DNA of 63,896 bases, counting the filler, from Octopus bimaculoides (lineage: Eukaryota), in the NCBI RefSeq assembly GCF_001194135.2. It is 8 parts of 8 records of this genome, joined end to end, with 100 filler letters (N's around TTAATTAATTAA, not from the genome) between each part and the next. Parts side by side here need not be neighbours in the genome. Positions count along the whole stretch, not along the records: positions 16,672 to 44,953 come from NC_068988.1; 7 more parts are not named here. One strand, 5' to 3'. The notes beneath the pieces were generated by a model. It was not told the DNA's origin. It worked only from the letters and a program-made list of their open reading frames with translations, and made no database searches. Below, piece after piece: positions 25,432-39,708 of this stretch. Both the position numbers and the translations under genes were made by a program. The first letter of the stretch is position 1. Every line of letters begins with the position of its first letter.

Positions 25432-26560
25432 CTGAAAGTGATGCATGTGAATGTGCGTGGCCTGGGTTCGGTTTGTAAGCTGAAACAATCTTGGGAATAT
25501 ATTACACTTTGATACTAGTTGGGGGTCTGAAAATTAGTTTGGACGCACGAAGGATTGCGGGGCTAGTACAGAGCAGAAAGAGCTACAAAAGCCTCGAAAA
25601 CCTGTTCAGAAACTTCCAGCTGTCAGACAGATATCGACTGGATTTCCCAGATGTACTAGTGTGGACATGTAGTAAACAAAATGGGTCATTTACATCGTAT
25701 GTAGAGTATTTTTAGGTCAGTGGATAGGGCAAGCGTAGATTGTCCACAATTGAAATTGGTCAGCTACGTAGACAACAAATTCTTGATCTGCACAGACGAT
25801 TTAGATAGGATCTGTGAACATAGACCCGGTTACTGGAAGGTGAACGCCTCCCTCCCAACATGCAGTGACTATGCTAACCGGATTAGTGAACTAGTTAAGC
25901 GCAGACAAGAGCAATCGTCAACAACGGGTGATGGATCGCCATGAAGAGAGCTATTATAGTAGAATGGATAGCGTTTAGCAATAGAAAACAAAAGATTAGA
26001 CGTAGAACTGGTTAGCAAAAGCATTGAGACCGACGTGCTAGCGGCGAAAATGGCTCTCAACCATTTCTTCGAGACGAAACACGAAGGCTATGCTGTTAAA
26101 GTAAAGTCCTGTGCTCTAAAACACAAAGTGAGTAAAGTGATTCGATGGACTCGGACAGTGGAGGCGTAACGTGGCAACACAACCACGATCAGTTCTTATA
26201 TAGATCGGGACAGGCACATGCTACGAGGTTCCAAACAGATAACTGCGACTTTCCAGAAGCACTTCACGCGGCTGGTTTGGGAGGACACCTCTCTCCTCAC
26301 CTTTATCTTCCGCCAACAGGTACATGCTCAGCGTAGGCCCATTCACACAGTCCGTCCACACTACTTTCACCCATCTTTCAATAAAAACACTGAAGGCAGC
26401 ACTTCCCTCTACACCCTCACTTAGCTTTTCAAGTGGAAATTATTAAAGTCAATGAGGGTACACCAGGCAGATGCATCACAACTATATGTGCGTGACATGA
26501 TGATCTCATATCATGCTAAACAGCGCCTGATCTTGCAGGTGGGATCCAGTTAGGTCGAGT
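25432..26560 (+). mobile_element. Decayed Tx1/L1-type ORF2 (APE plus linker, internally deleted)
   Basis: LKVMHVNVRGLGS (APE start); ILVGG...LSDRYR..FP...WT...GSFTSYVEY; RPGYWKVNASL; later FQKHFTRL. Confidence 0.75.
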
Positions 26561-26924
26561 GCCCCATTCCACTACAGAGGTCCCTGAATCAGTTTTGTTT
26601 TAAGGATGATGAACAAAACACCTATGTTTCCAAAGAAGAATTATTTAAACCCTAAAGAGCTCCTTCCAGCACATGGCTATGATGATTCCCCACTACTTCT
26701 GCTCGCAATCAGAGATGCAAATATCGCCAGCAGCCAAGGAACATGCTCAACTGGTTATGGTCAAACAACTGACAAGCAAATCTGTGGTATTGAGCAGAAT
26801 ATTTGCTGTAGCCCATCTTTTTATACCAAGACAAAACAATGTATATGATAACACTTCCAATCAGTTGAGATCAAAAACCACGAGAGCCACTACCTGGTAC
26901 TGCAACAGGGCATTAATTATTATT

Positions 26925-26980
<56 letters not shown>

Positions 26981-27774
26981 TGTTTTTGTTGTTGTTACTA
27001 CTAGTACTACTACTAACATCATTATCATCATTATCATAATTTTCTCTGCACTGTCAGTAATTACTCGAGAGCTATATGTAAGTTTGCTGCTTATTCGTCC
27101 ATTTAAAGATTTTTATTACTAATTATCTACGCTTCGCGCGGTTGTCTGGTTCTTTTATTTCCCGCTTCTTTGAAGCTAAAATTCGAGAGGAAAACCTTTT
27201 CAAATTTAATTTCCAAACTTATTAATGTAAAAATATGGCGTCTTCCGTAAGCAACCAAGTAGAGAATAAGGAGGAAGGTTTGTGAGTAGTGTAAAAAACA
27301 GTTTCTGGCTCTGTTTCCATCACTTAACCGATGAATGAGGATGTTATTACTTTCGAAGTTCAATGCGTTACATAACTACCATCGTCAGCGCGAAGTGTAG
27401 TAAGAAACGTAATGATGAGGACATCAATAATAGCATGTCGAGCTACGAGAGCTACAAAACTTTTCAAATGCTACGGTAACCACTATCTTCACCACTACAC
27501 CAACACCGCAAATAAGAAAAATAGGAAAAAAACATTAACAAAAATATGAAAAGTCGTGGGAACTCCACTATTGTCACCGCCTCCACCACCACAACAACCG
27601 CTTCCAACACCACCGTCTCCACCACCACAACAACAATAAACGGAAACGACAGCAGAAACAGAAAGAACAATAGTTATGACAAGACACGCAAAGCTTTGTA
27701 TGATGACACTGAAAGCACAACCGTCGCTAACACCGTTACTCAGGGTTTCTTCGTAATTACTATTCGTGCTTGCG

Positions 27775-27985
27775 AGGAAAATGTCAAAAGACTGTTGCAC
27801 TCATGATCACTAGATCGTGTGTTCGACTCCAGCACCGGGTGACGCGTTGTGTTCTTCCTCCCTTTCGAGCAGCAGGAAGGAATGTTAATCTGCGCCCCTA
27901 GCCAGAGAAGTGGCGTCATTCGAAGACTAAAACAATGCAAAAGCGCCTTATGACCAGCGATGGGTGACATCTGATAGTCTGGTCG
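27775..27985 (+). mobile_element. tRNA-derived SINE fragment (family A-like head)
   Basis: B-box GTTCGACTCC followed by CCGGGTGACGCGTTGTGTTC; ends next to (CA)n. Confidence 0.5.
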
Positions 27986-29934
27986 GTCACGTGACACACA
28001 CGCACGCACACACACACACACACATGTACACACACAGGCAGACGCACACACGCACACACGCATACATACATGCATAGATAGAGAGAGAAATGCATAAAAG
28101 AAAGGCGACAGTAAGTTTATAGGAGTTGTATATATAATTACATTATAGAATCAAGTTTTGTCTTTATAGTCGTTTCATATCATCTATGACTGATGCTCTA
28201 AATATACATATTATGCAATGAAGTTCAAAAACATTGTAGATGCGACGACTGGCACGGATTTTCAGAGATTCGTGGGGTGAAGACACGTTATACCCAGCAG
28301 ACGACACTAGCAAATAGCTGAGTAATGAACGTTTATGAGTATATGTTCAATAAAATTACCAAGATGAGAAGTGTAGAGGAGGGATTATAGCAAAAAGTAT
28401 AAAGGTAATGAGAGCGGTATGGAAGGAGAAGGGTGAAGTGGCTGATGTACAGTTATCAGCTAGTAGCACAAGAAATAAAAAAAATTAGCTATAAAGTTAG
28501 AAGCTAGACAAAATGGCTATGCAGGCTAGATCAAAAGAAGCCTGTTATTTAACAACAGAAAAGAATTAGGAGTGAGATAGATATGTGGTTAGGCCAAGCG
28601 ATTTCAGAAACGTATAGCAGATGCGTAGCAGACCATAAATCATAGTAGACCGGGAATAAGTAAGAAGAAGAAAAAACAATAAAAAGATTAAAATGATGAA
28701 AAAGACGCTAACAGGATATAGAAAAGAACATTGTAAAGTGCATCTGCCATTTTGAGTATAAAAGTTAGTTATACGAGAGGGGGAGGTAGGAGATATGTTG
28801 GCACATTACTAAGAGAAGGGGGGATAAGGAGAGACACTAGGAGGTGTATAGACATGATGAGAACATTCCTAAATGTAAGCAAGTATTACAGTTTAAAAGA
28901 TTAATATTAAGGGCGAAGTATAAGAGCGGTGGAGTTGTGCAGAATAGAAAGGTTTTATTATTTCGGTCAATGACAATGATTTATGCAAAGTATATCGTTA
29001 AAAACATGAGGTAATTACATAAGAGAAGCGACAAATGATACCTTTATTCTCACGTAATATACCTAGGACCCTGAACGTACTTGGAAAGCCTTCCACATTT
29101 TTTTAAAAATTAAAATATATCATCTCTTTTGAAAATAGCACAAAGTAACCAGTTTATTGAACGTTAAGTTAGATTTAAACCTTAATTTTGCTATCCTTGA
29201 TATAAGCATAATGAACCCTCACAATATATTAATCCCTAATCTAATCACCTAATATATGTTTTAAATAGTGTCGTCAAAGTTATTTTCATTTGGATCACCA
29301 ACCTCTCTGCTAATGAGAACATTCTCAACAACCGCATCCCCTGCTACATCCAGGTCTTCCTCACTCGTGGATTTTCGGAAATGTCCTACGTTCCCAACCA
29401 TACGCTGAAAAACAAGTTAGAATTATTGATTCTACATCACAATAATTCTACATCTAAATTTACCTTTGTGACTAAGCCCAACAACACAGCCCACTACTTC
29501 TTGTATCAATAACATTTCTACTAAGTATGAAAGTCTGTCTGCAATATAAGGTGCACGTCTCGGTCGTCTCAGATTAGCAACCCTCACCTAACGTGTGGTA
29601 CATAAAATACGAAGAATAGAAGGCGCGAGGCATCCTTCTGACTTGGAAGGCACCACTTGTTTTCTTAACGAAACACTTTCAAACTTAGGACACTGGTAGA
29701 ATGTGTCCTATAAAAATATCTTTTACTCTCAGTGTTATTGAGAAAATTTTATCTTTTTAAAGTTATTTCGTGTTAAAATTGTCGTATTTCGGTAATTTCG
29801 TGTATTGAGTTGAAAATCGTTACTGCTGTGGAATGTAAACAACACGTTCTAGCGGTGTAATGGGATCTTTTCCCTTGAATAAAATTAGTGCCGTTGTTTA
29901 TCAACAACAACTATCGGCGGTACTGTCATTTATG

Positions 29935-30800
29935 ACATCGTTTGTGCGTTTGTACTGTTTTTTATTTAATGCAGTCTGCTTGATCCGATTTGATTGTTTG
30001 ACGGCACTGGTTTCAGTTTCTTTATTTAATTCAGCCTTACTGCCAAGTTCCCTTGCGAATTTGCAACCTTTACCTTGACAATAAAATGTTATTTTTGCAG
30101 CTTTCGTGTCTGCACACAAACCGCAGCGTCCAGTCCTCTGTTCCAGGTAAGTACCTGCCCATTGCTATTGTAGAGTTACTATAGCAGAGTTCTACTTTCA
30201 TCATTCCTCTTCCTCCATTACTTCTAGATATGTACAGACGATCAACGTCTGCTTTTAGGTGGTCATGTTCTTAGATGTTAGTAGTTTTCTTGTCTTCCCG
30301 TTCAGGCGTTGGAGCTCTGTAAGATGTCAGTTAATGATATTAAAACTATATTGGACTGCTGGAAGTGCCAGGATGTTAATGGTTTCCATGCGATTTTTCG
30401 AGTTGAGTTCAGTTTTCAGTATGAGTTTTATTCTCCTGTAATACTCCTTTCTACTAGTAGCATGTTTTATACCATCTCCTTCGTTTATCCCCAGGTATTT
30501 ATAACTTTCTTGTGGGTCAAGAGCCTTAATGTTAGTGTCGGTATCTAATTTAATGGAAGCTGTTTGCCTGTGCTTACCTCTTACGAAAGTTGCTTTAGCA
30601 TACTTATCAAAGCCAAAATCCATCCTGATGCCATTGCTGAGCTCTATAACAGTTGTTAGCAGCCCTACTAGCTCTTCGTCATTTCTAGAAAACATTTACA
30701 GATCGTCCATATAAAATAAATCATTTACTATGGTATTATAAAATTTGAACCCATACCCGGTGTTTCTCGGTTCGTTTGAGAGTGGGATTAGATTATTGCT
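29935..30800 (-). mobile_element. R4/Dong-clade LINE, RT/thumb fragment
   Basis: NTGYGFKF...LFYMDDL; FGFDKYAKATF; SYKYLGI; TELNSKNR..IN.LA.P..QYSFNII; KADVDRLYISRSNGGRG. Confidence 0.85.
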
Positions 30801-31440
30801 ATTATTATTTTCTCTTTATCATAGATTTTGTTGGAGCTCCTGGTATCTTGCATGCGTAGCGGACTTACTACCTATAGCCTACGGTACCAGGCTATTTGTT
30901 CTTTTCAGCTATCTAATACATCGCTGATTCTTTTGACCGTGCCAAGGAAGCAAACCTTTTGTAACAGATCTACTAGTCATTCTATTCCAATTTCCTTTAC
31001 ATTCTTCTTGGTGCTTTCTGAGACTGTTCCCAAGGACCTAACCATAATTGGTACTATATTCACCTTCATTTTCCATAGCCCCGATTCTATCTTTGTTTTC
31101 GCCTTCCTTCTTGATCATTCGTGGGTCAAAGAGGGATGCAGCATCAACTATATAGCATATATGGTGCACCTTGTCCACCACTACTAGGTCCGGTTTGTTA
31201 TGCTCTAGCACCTGATTTGTTTGGATTGTGAATTCTCGGAGGACCTTGCTAGTCTTCGACTCCGCCACTCCCTCTGGATTGTGTTCATACCATCTCCTGC
31301 CTCTCTCTAGCCCCCACTTTTCGCACAGTTTCCAATGAAGCACTTTATGTACCTGGTCGTGTTGCCACATCACAGATGCGGTACAGCAGAGATACTTGCC
31401 CATTCCTAAGGTTGACCCTCCAGTTCGTGGCCAAAGCTTG
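30800..31440 (-). mobile_element. R4/Dong-clade LINE, RLE fragment with 3' UTR
   Basis: HDQVHKVLHWKLCEKWG...WYEHNPEGV...IQTNQVLEHNKPDLVVVDK; IIGSLGTV; LLQKVCFLGT; short AAT-like tail at about 30800. Confidence 0.85.
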
Positions 31441-31849
31441 CATTCTTCTTCNNNNNNNNNNNNNNNNNNNNNNNNNNNNNNNNNNNNNNNNNNNNNNNNN
31501 NNNNNNNNNNNNNNNNNNNNNNNNNNNNNNNNNNNNNNNNNNNNNNNNNNNATTATTATTATTATTATTATTATTATTATTGTTATTATTATTATCTTCA
31601 TTATTATTACGCTCGTCTTTCGGTTTTGTTTCCATTTCCTGCTGAGTGTCTTCCTTACACCTAGGGAAAAGACGCTCGCTGTAAACAATGGTAGGCCATT
31701 TAAATAAACATACCAGATTGTTTATTTACAAAGTCATGTGAGAGAGAAAAAGTGGAAGAAAAAAAGGGAAGAAGAAAAAATTCAAAAAATATACGAAATA
31801 AAATGGAGAATAAAACAAAGAAAACAAAGTGGGAAAAAGAAAGAAAATT

Positions 31850-32930
31850 CACTACGCCAATGTTCTTCTCAATACCATTTAATACAATGCACTTCTTTCA
31901 TGGATGGTAAGCCGGAGATCATCCTCACATAAGTTTTAGTTCCTTTTTTGATCATTTCAAGTACTTCTACAATCATTGATATTGTAACCGTCATGAGATA
32001 CTATTTTTATTTCCATTTTAAATCAGCAAATCTTTGTATTTTCTTAGCTTATCAAATTCTTTTGCTGAGATATTATGATTACAAGGTATGCTCATGTTTA
32101 TCAATAAACAGACTTTATTGTTTACATCTTTCACAACATCTGGTTTATTAGCCTTGATTATACGGTGTGTATGTACTGGAAAGTCCCAAATGATCGTTAC
32201 ATTTTCTCCCTCAGTTGCAGCCTCAGTGTGGTGCTTGTACTATTTGTCAGCAGTTTTAATTTTATATTGCAAACATACTATCCAGAGCAGATGTGGACCA
32301 ACTCTGCCATGTCTTGATTTGTACTCTATAGATGCCAAAACTTTACACCTAGAAATTATGTGTCCACTGTTTCAATTTCATTGTTACAGCATTGGCACTT
32401 TGCGTCTACTTCGTTTATCTTCACAATGGCTTAGTGGTTACGGGTCAATAAGCTCTGATCTTGAGCAGCTAAGATAAAGTTTTCGCTCTCTGCCTTTGCC
32501 ATTGATTTCACCTTATTTGCAACAAGTCGCCACATTTCCATCATGCTGTTCAACCTAGGTGTTAAGCATTAACTCGCTTACATATTTTATGCTCTCCTTC
32601 ATGACAGAATGAAGTTTCTTATACCTCTTAAGATTTTCAACAAGCTTTAGCATTCAGTCGTTAGTTGTTTCAAGATATTTGGCCAGTCCATCCGTGGTGG
32701 TTTTCTAAGAGATTTCAAATTGGATCAAATGGGTTCTTTCTTGAGCTCTGGGTAGGTAAATATGATCTACGTCTGCTTTTCAGTGGCGCATCTCATTACA
32801 AGTCAGCAGTGTTCTCCATATTTGATAAGAGTGTGCGGTATGTTTGTCTTCAGACGGCATACCTAATGCATAACAATAAGCGTATATTCTTAATACTCTT
32901 CTCAGGTCCAGTTGATCCACTTACATTTTT
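31850..32930 (-). mobile_element. R4/Dong-clade LINE, 3' fragment
   Basis: KADVDHIYLPR; ENFILAAQDQSL.TR; KCQCC..EIETVD; IIWDFPVHTHRIIKANKPDVV; KLRKYKDL. Confidence 0.8.
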
Positions 32931-33684
32931 CTTTCTGTATTGGCTGTGGTGGGGAACTTGAAGAGCTCGAGTTGGGGAAGTTCCAATTCAAGTGACCATC
33001 CAGGTTCGTATTCAGAGAAGTGGCTGTGCCAGTGAATGACTTTTCCACCTCAAGCCGGCTCTCTCTTGGGGGCCGCGCTTCTAGTTTAACCATAGTACAA
33101 AGGATTTGGTGTACGTACTGTTTTAATTTTCCTTTTTGTTTCGTAAGACATTTTTGTGCTATATTAACATTATCAGCATTGAGCCCTGTGTAGCTGATGT
33201 AGAAAGTGTTATTTTCTCTGCCGCCATTGTCAACTCTGCCATTATTAACGTTACAATTACATTTAGTTTGCTATTACAACAGTAGTGGTCATCGTTAGTT
33301 ACCACCAATATTGCCGTTGCCTCTTTCCTTGCGGCTACCCTTTGTAGCCATGACAACAGTGTAGCCGTTTTCATAATTTTTTAAGAGCAAACTGCAGAAT
33401 TTAGTTTAAGTCTGCCAGTTCTTACTACTGTGTAGTATTGTTAAATATTGTTCAGTTTCGACTTTAACTTTGTACGTGAGATAATCATAAATGCGTGAGA
33501 GTTGTTGGGGGATAGAAGGAGGAAAAGAATCAATTTGGTGGCCACACAGTCAAATACCACCAGTCTGTGGATACGTTCAGCAGAAGGTGAGAATGAGATC
33601 AACAATGGCATGTAGAGGTTAAATATGTGTTTACTACTACCAACTCACATTTTCTGTTTTACTTACTGATAGAAATAATGTAAG

Positions 33685-33976
33685 AAGCCTGACGTATATA
33701 TATAAAAGTGTGTATGTGTGTGTGTGCGTGTTTGTGTGTTTCTGTGTGTCTGTGTGTCTGTCTGTGTGTCTGTGTGTTTGTGTTTGTCCCTCTGTCAACA
33801 CTACTTGACAACTAGTGGTGGTGTGTTTACGTCCCCGTAACATATTCGTTTAGCAAAAAAAGAACCGATAGAATAAGTACTAGGCTTAAAACGGAAGTCT
33901 TGGGGTCGACTAAAACCCTTCAGAGCGCGGTGCCCCAGCATGGCTGATGTCAAATGAAACAAGTAAAAGAATAAAA
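33685..33976 (+). mobile_element. SINE family B, 3' half
   Basis: CTTGACAAC...TTTACGTCCCCGTAAC...AGAATAAGTACTAGGC...CCAGCATGGC...AAACAAGTAAAAGA. Confidence 0.8.
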
Positions 33977-34254
33977 GACGTTGTATATATTTATATACAT
34001 ATATATATGTATGTGTATATNNNNNNNNNNATATATATATATATATACTGATTTTGCATCTTTCTTTTCTTTTTATTGCTTTTGCTGTGATTTAGAGTTT
34101 TTCGTAATTGTGAAGTGTGTAAATATTGACAGTGGCTTATCTCCTACGTTTTTTATCAGTTCTGGAGTATTTAGCGGAGCTACACATCTATTATTATTAC
34201 ACTAGTGCATGCTAATTTAGTTAGCAGGCATTGTTTCTTGATGATGGGTAACAA

Positions 34255-35640
34255 GTCTCAAATCTCAAGGATCTCCTTTGCAGAATACTGGTTGGTGCTT
34301 TTCTGCCGGCCGACAGTATGAGTTTCAGATCTAGTCTCTTTCAATCTTTTAGATAGCATTTTAAATGTTGTTTCAAGTGCACCAATTATTAGAGGAATAA
34401 ATTCTTGCTTTGTATTCCACAGTATTCTTAGCACTCTGGATGTATCTTGGTATTTCTGAATTGTTTCCGTTTCTTGTGTATCTATTCTGCTATCATAGGG
34501 CATTTCAAAAGACATTATCATGCACTGCTTGTTTATTTTGTCCTCTATAATCATGTTTAGTCTTCTTATCTCAGTAGTATGGTAAGTCTTTATGGAGAAG
34601 TCCGGCAATATTTTGTAATTTGCATTTTGTATCACAGCCTCTGGTTCGTGTTCATTCCACTATTCTGTTGTTTAGGAGCCACATACTCGTCTAATATCCC
34701 ACGATACTCTTTTCACTACACAGTTATGTCTGCGCTTGCATTTCCTCAGTGCTAGTATACTGCACTCACTCAAAATGTGATTGATTCTCTCGTCTCATTT
34801 CCTACAGATTCCATATTTGTTGTATGACTGGGTTTTGTTGCTTTTTGCTTTGAGCAAATTTACTTAATGGGTATTCCTGTGCAGCTATATTTAGCGCTTA
34901 TGTGTCACACTTTAAGTTATCGTCCAAACAACTAGAGCCAGCAATTATTTCTGACATTCTCAGTTTGTTGCGTGAATTGGCCATGTAGTTCCATCACTTA
35001 CCAATTGATTGCTCTGTTGTTCTTTCGTTTATCTTTGAATTCAGTTACTCTTTGGGTAACTCTGGCTGCTGTTGGTACTCTGTACAACATAAGTTTTCAG
35101 ACTGAGAATTGCCGTATTAAAGTGTCATCCGTGTTTAATCCTATGTCTCCTTCCTTTCTTGTTGGGTAGAGTGGGTACAGCTTACAGGGTGACGTGCATA
35201 GTGAGTAGCTTTCTAATTCTTCAATTCAAGTTCTGTAGCTTGACCATTGTCCATTTCAGAAAGGGAGCAGAGTATATCAATACGGGTATAACGTGCGTAT
35301 TTTTAGCTTTAATGATGTTCCTTCTATTTAATTTTGTTTCGAGCATCTTCCTGATTCTCTTATACACTTAGGTGACTTTCTCTCTCATGTCCCTTTCCGT
35401 TAACCTATAATATTTCAACATACTCATGCATTGGTATCCCTTATTATTTTACAGCGATCTAATGATATTATCTTGTGGTAATTTGACGCCATCAGAGATT
35501 AACTCCCGGCTCCTCTTCATAATTGGTACTGCGCACATACTTACCCAAAACTGCATTCCATTATCTTTACTAAATACTCTCACAGTTCCAATCAAAGAAA
35601 CAGACCCTCAACTGAAAGATCTCTTATCAGATGCTTTCCA
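34255..35640 (-). mobile_element. R4/Dong-clade LINE, 3' fragment
   Basis: TVRVFSKDNGM; KMLETKLN; KLLTMH; AAQE; CGICR....NHILSEC; FIPLIIGAL; KYQD. Confidence 0.8.
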
Positions 35641-35750
35641 GACATTTCCGTCCTGTTCTTCAGATGTATCTCCAACTACGTTACCCATTCTGCTGTCTAT
35701 TATACCTTTAGTGCATTTCTGAAACAGAATTGATAGTTGTTCGTTGCGAC

Positions 35751-35858
35751 AGGTCTAATACCTTAGAATCTCAATTCTTGAGAAAGTTTTATAAGAACAT
35801 TGCGAGAAGTCTAATACCTTAGAGTTTCAATTTTGCAGAAAGTTTTATAAGAACATTT
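35751..35858 (+). repeat. Imperfect tandem duplication of about 57 bp
   Basis: GTCTAATACCTTAGA...GAAAGTTTTATAAGAACATT occurs twice. Confidence 0.75.
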
Positions 35859-37029
35859 ATATTTTACGCGCAGATATCCATCCTCTGAGCAGTCTTGGAA
35901 GCAGTCTTGGAAATGTCCAGTTCCACCGTTTCCTCTATCTTACCTTCTGCAGGTAGCAAGATAACAGGATCGTATCGACCTTAACACCATACTGTTTGGC
36001 AGGTTTCAAACTACAGTCAAAGTTGTTTCAATAAGAAATATACTTTAAATAAGTTTGACCAGTACATATATAACGTAGTTTCTTGATTTACCAGCACACG
36101 TCACCATAGAGCTATAGAGCATGCTAGAAGCATACTAGAAATATCATCAAAATATCACTCAAATTACATCCTGCTATCTTCAAAAATGAGGGAGAGATAT
36201 ATTGAAAAAATAGAATGTAATAAATTCAAGGACCCACGGAAAGGCGGGTGATCATAGCTAGATTGTTAGTTTAGTCAGAATTAGTAGATGAAAAATGTTT
36301 GGTTATTAGTACCAGAAAAAAAAATGTGGTTATTAGTACCTAATATTTAAGCACCCTCCCCAACACCTAAGTGTACATATATTTTCCCACTTCCTCAATT
36401 CTAATTAAAGAACATATGGTAGATATTCTTTGTTTCATTTTTGAAGATCTAAGAACACTAGTCGCATTGTCTGACTTTTTCATCAAAAGATTTTTAGAAC
36501 CTGTGGCGTAACCACTTTGTTTACTTGTCAGACCCACACACGTACACAAACGCGCACACACGTGCATACACACACACACAACAACAACAACGACACAAAC
36601 AACACACAAGTGAACACACACACACACACGTACAGGTAACTGTACATATATACATAAAGCTACATTCTCTCTCTCGTTAGATTACAGAAGCCAAATGACT
36701 AAATCAAACCGAGAGAAAATCAAAATAACTGCAATGCGTGATCATTATATTTACTTTTATATGGAACAAGCGATCGATAAAAGAATTGGCAAGATGCAGG
36801 ACCACATGTGTAGCAATAATTAATTTCATCCTTTAATGTTCGAATTTCTGACACGTAAAGTGCCGACTTTTCTATTTATCCCCACGGATAATAAGTACCA
36901 GTCAAACTGTAATGGCAATACTTACTGAAATCTGTGGCTTTCTGCCAAAATAAGGCATCTGTGTTTATATATTAATGTGTTACGCTCTAAACATCTCAAA
37001 TACACATCTCTGGAGGAAACTTTTAAAAT

Positions 37030-37500
37030 GCCTGACATCCACGATCTGGAGGAATACCTGGCATTTGTTGGGCCTAACTATTCCCGTAAAGTAAGAGATT
37101 TTATCTGTAATTAAAAGCGCTCTATCTATACATAATCAATCTCAGGATTAAAGAGTATTTATCTTTATACCCACAAATATAATTGCTAACATCACGTTCA
37201 TCTCCAAAGAAAAGGTAATGTTTGTTACAAACGTTACGATATAACCGCCTTTACCCTTCGTGGAAAGGTTCTGGCCACATACATGCTCAAACGACTACTC
37301 CACACAATGCATTACGCCGTAACCAGAATACACCCTCCACAGGAATCAAAGAACAGTCATTATGCTGTTTGTGAGCAGTCATCTTCAAGATTAATGCATT
37401 TAATCATGCATCAAAGTGTTTCAATACCCTAGAAAGGAAACTCATATGGCTGCCCACCGAAATTCAGAAATGTCTTAAATCCAAGCCACTGGAAAGATTT
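37030..37500 (+). mobile_element. Highly decayed RTE-type RT fragment
   Basis: ITFISK..., GKVLATYMLKRL and YGCPPKF are visible across frameshifts. Confidence 0.5.
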
Positions 37501-38087
37501 CGAAGATCAGCTAAAGCAAAATTAAAATAGGAGTGATATCACACGCACGAAGGTGGAAAGCCTTCTGGTCTAATACCAAGCATGAACGCCTCGCTGTTAT
37601 TATGGACTTACATCAAGAGAACACAAACAACACAGACAAAAGATGATAAGAGAGAAATACACAGTCAGTGTTATAACAAGTTCTCCAACCACAAAAATAA
37701 AATAGAAAATGATACTATAACACACTCATCAGTAATCGAAAATCTTTATCAATTAAACACACACACATACATACGTTTAAGCACACACACGCAATCAAAT
37801 AGATGTCGGTTAAAATAGTTCCCAAGCGACGATAAAAATACAAACTGCAATTGTGTCTTTTGTGTTGGAAATGTCATGAGACAAAAAACAAGATTTGCGT
37901 CTTTCTTTAAGAAATGTCATAAAAGACATCTCTACAATCATTAAACGGCACATCATTTTAAATAAGGAAAAAATATGGAAAAATTACATTAAAACTTTAA
38001 GCTGAAATCAGCGAAACCGTATCCAGTTCTCTTAAATACGACATTTTTCTTATAATACAAAAAAAAAACCTTTTAGGCGCACACATC

Positions 38088-38310
38088 TAATAGGGAGTGT
38101 TGAAAAGTTCTTGGGTTTGGGTGAAAGAAAACATAAGAGGATCAATTAATTATAATATTATTCAACATATTCGCCTCTCAGATTCATACACTTGTTACAG
38201 CGGTCCATTAGTTTCTCTCAGTCCTGTAAATGAACGCGGAATGTTGTGCCTCTAGCCAGTCCTTTCACGGTACTCTTAAAGCCAGGAACTTTTCAGCACT
38301 GCCTCGTGTA
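38088..38310. mobile_element. Tc1/mariner-type MITE
   Basis: The left end GGGAGTGTTGAAAAGTTCTTGG matches the reverse complement of the right end CCAGGAACTTTTCAGCACTGCCTCGTGTA. This resembles a mariner TIR with a terminal TA. Confidence 0.7.
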
Positions 38311-39419
38311 CTAAAACATTTTTTGCCATACAAAAGACTCGAAGCAACATGTGACTCCTTATTTTTCCATGTTCCCGTATCTTTATGTAAATTATATATA
38401 TGCAAAACGCACCTTACGAATATAAAATGCTAATATAAAAATATAACATATCGATATATTTTTATTTTTTTATAATATAAAAACATAGAATAAAGTTATT
38501 CTCCACTTGTTTAAATTACGCCAAAATATATACTCTTTCTCAATATTTTTCCTATATATGTCTTTGTGTGCCTGTATTTCTATGTGAGCGCTTGTGACTG
38601 TGTGTGTATGTGTGTGTATGTGTTTGTGTATGTATAAACATACTTTTTATATGTACGCATATGCATATATATAAGTGTATATGTATATGTGTATACATAT
38701 GGGTACTGGTGCATGATCGTACTCACATAACATAATTTACAACTTAATTAATGTATAGCGAACGTGAATCCTTACAAAAGTCCAAGATCAATGCAAGAAA
38801 TGCAATAATTAACAAATTAAGATGTCACATCACCTGATCTGTGCATTCACTCTATAGCTCGCCTTGTCTCAAGTAACTTTGTGTAGTCTCATCGAAAATG
38901 GAGACAATTTCAGCTGTCTCTGCTAGATCGCTTGAAGAGTGTAGATATTATTTCCACAGGAAGTCATTGGCTGCCTTCCTAATCCATAAATAAAGAATAT
39001 TTATCCACGAAATGTGATGTTGAGCACGCATTCTCACTGTTCCATACAATCATAGCAGCGTTTTCGGTGTTCTGAAATACCGGACGAGTTCTAGATACGA
39101 ACATAGAATGAAAACAGACTTTAATGGGGATAATAGTAATAATGGTACAACCCTCCCATGTGATGGATGGTATGTAATAGTCATTATAAACACTCTCAGT
39201 CAGTGTGAGTATAAATAGAGAGTACGAAATAGACGATCATAGATAGTCGTTGTCTTCCTTGTCTTACTTACAATACTACTATACAGCAGTGGGAGTGATA
39301 ACAGTCCAACATAAGGATTACAACAATGGCGACGAGAAATTAACATACCCACGAGGAATCAACAAACTCACAAGGTGTTACGAAACTTACAAACAATTTT
39401 GTACGAATTTTACACTCTA

Positions 39420-39570
39420 GGGGTGGCTGTGTGATAAGTAGCTTGCTTAGGAAACACATGGTTCTGGGTTCCGTCCCACTGCGTGGCACCTTGGGCAAGT
39501 GTCTTCTACTATAGCCTCTTCTACTATACCGAAGCCTTGTGAGTGGATTTGGTAGACGGAAACTGAGTAC
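39420..39570 (+). mobile_element. SINE family B, 5' half
   Basis: GGCTGTGTGATAAGTAGCTTGC...CCCACTGCGTGGCACCTTGGGCAAGTGTCTTCTACTATAGCC...GGTAGACGGAAACTGA. Confidence 0.85.
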
Positions 39571-39675
39571 ATCACTATATGTACTCCTGTAATAATATAC
39601 ACGCAGCCATATCAACACCTGATACTGAATATATATTCCCACTACACACACACATACTGTCACACATACACACGA

Positions 39676-39708
<33 letters not shown>

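Noticed and set aside
30101-30146. 46-nt candidate exon with TTTTTGCAG acceptor and CAG|GTAAGT donor
   Set aside because: It lies inside the antisense strand of R4/Dong coding sequence (RYLPGTEDWTLRFVCRHE), so the splice-like signals are explained by chance. Only junction reads would revive it.
38840-39110. Minus-strand IVSIFDETT resembling a hAT catalytic segment
   Set aside because: It is one short motif among multiple stops, with no other transposase hallmark.
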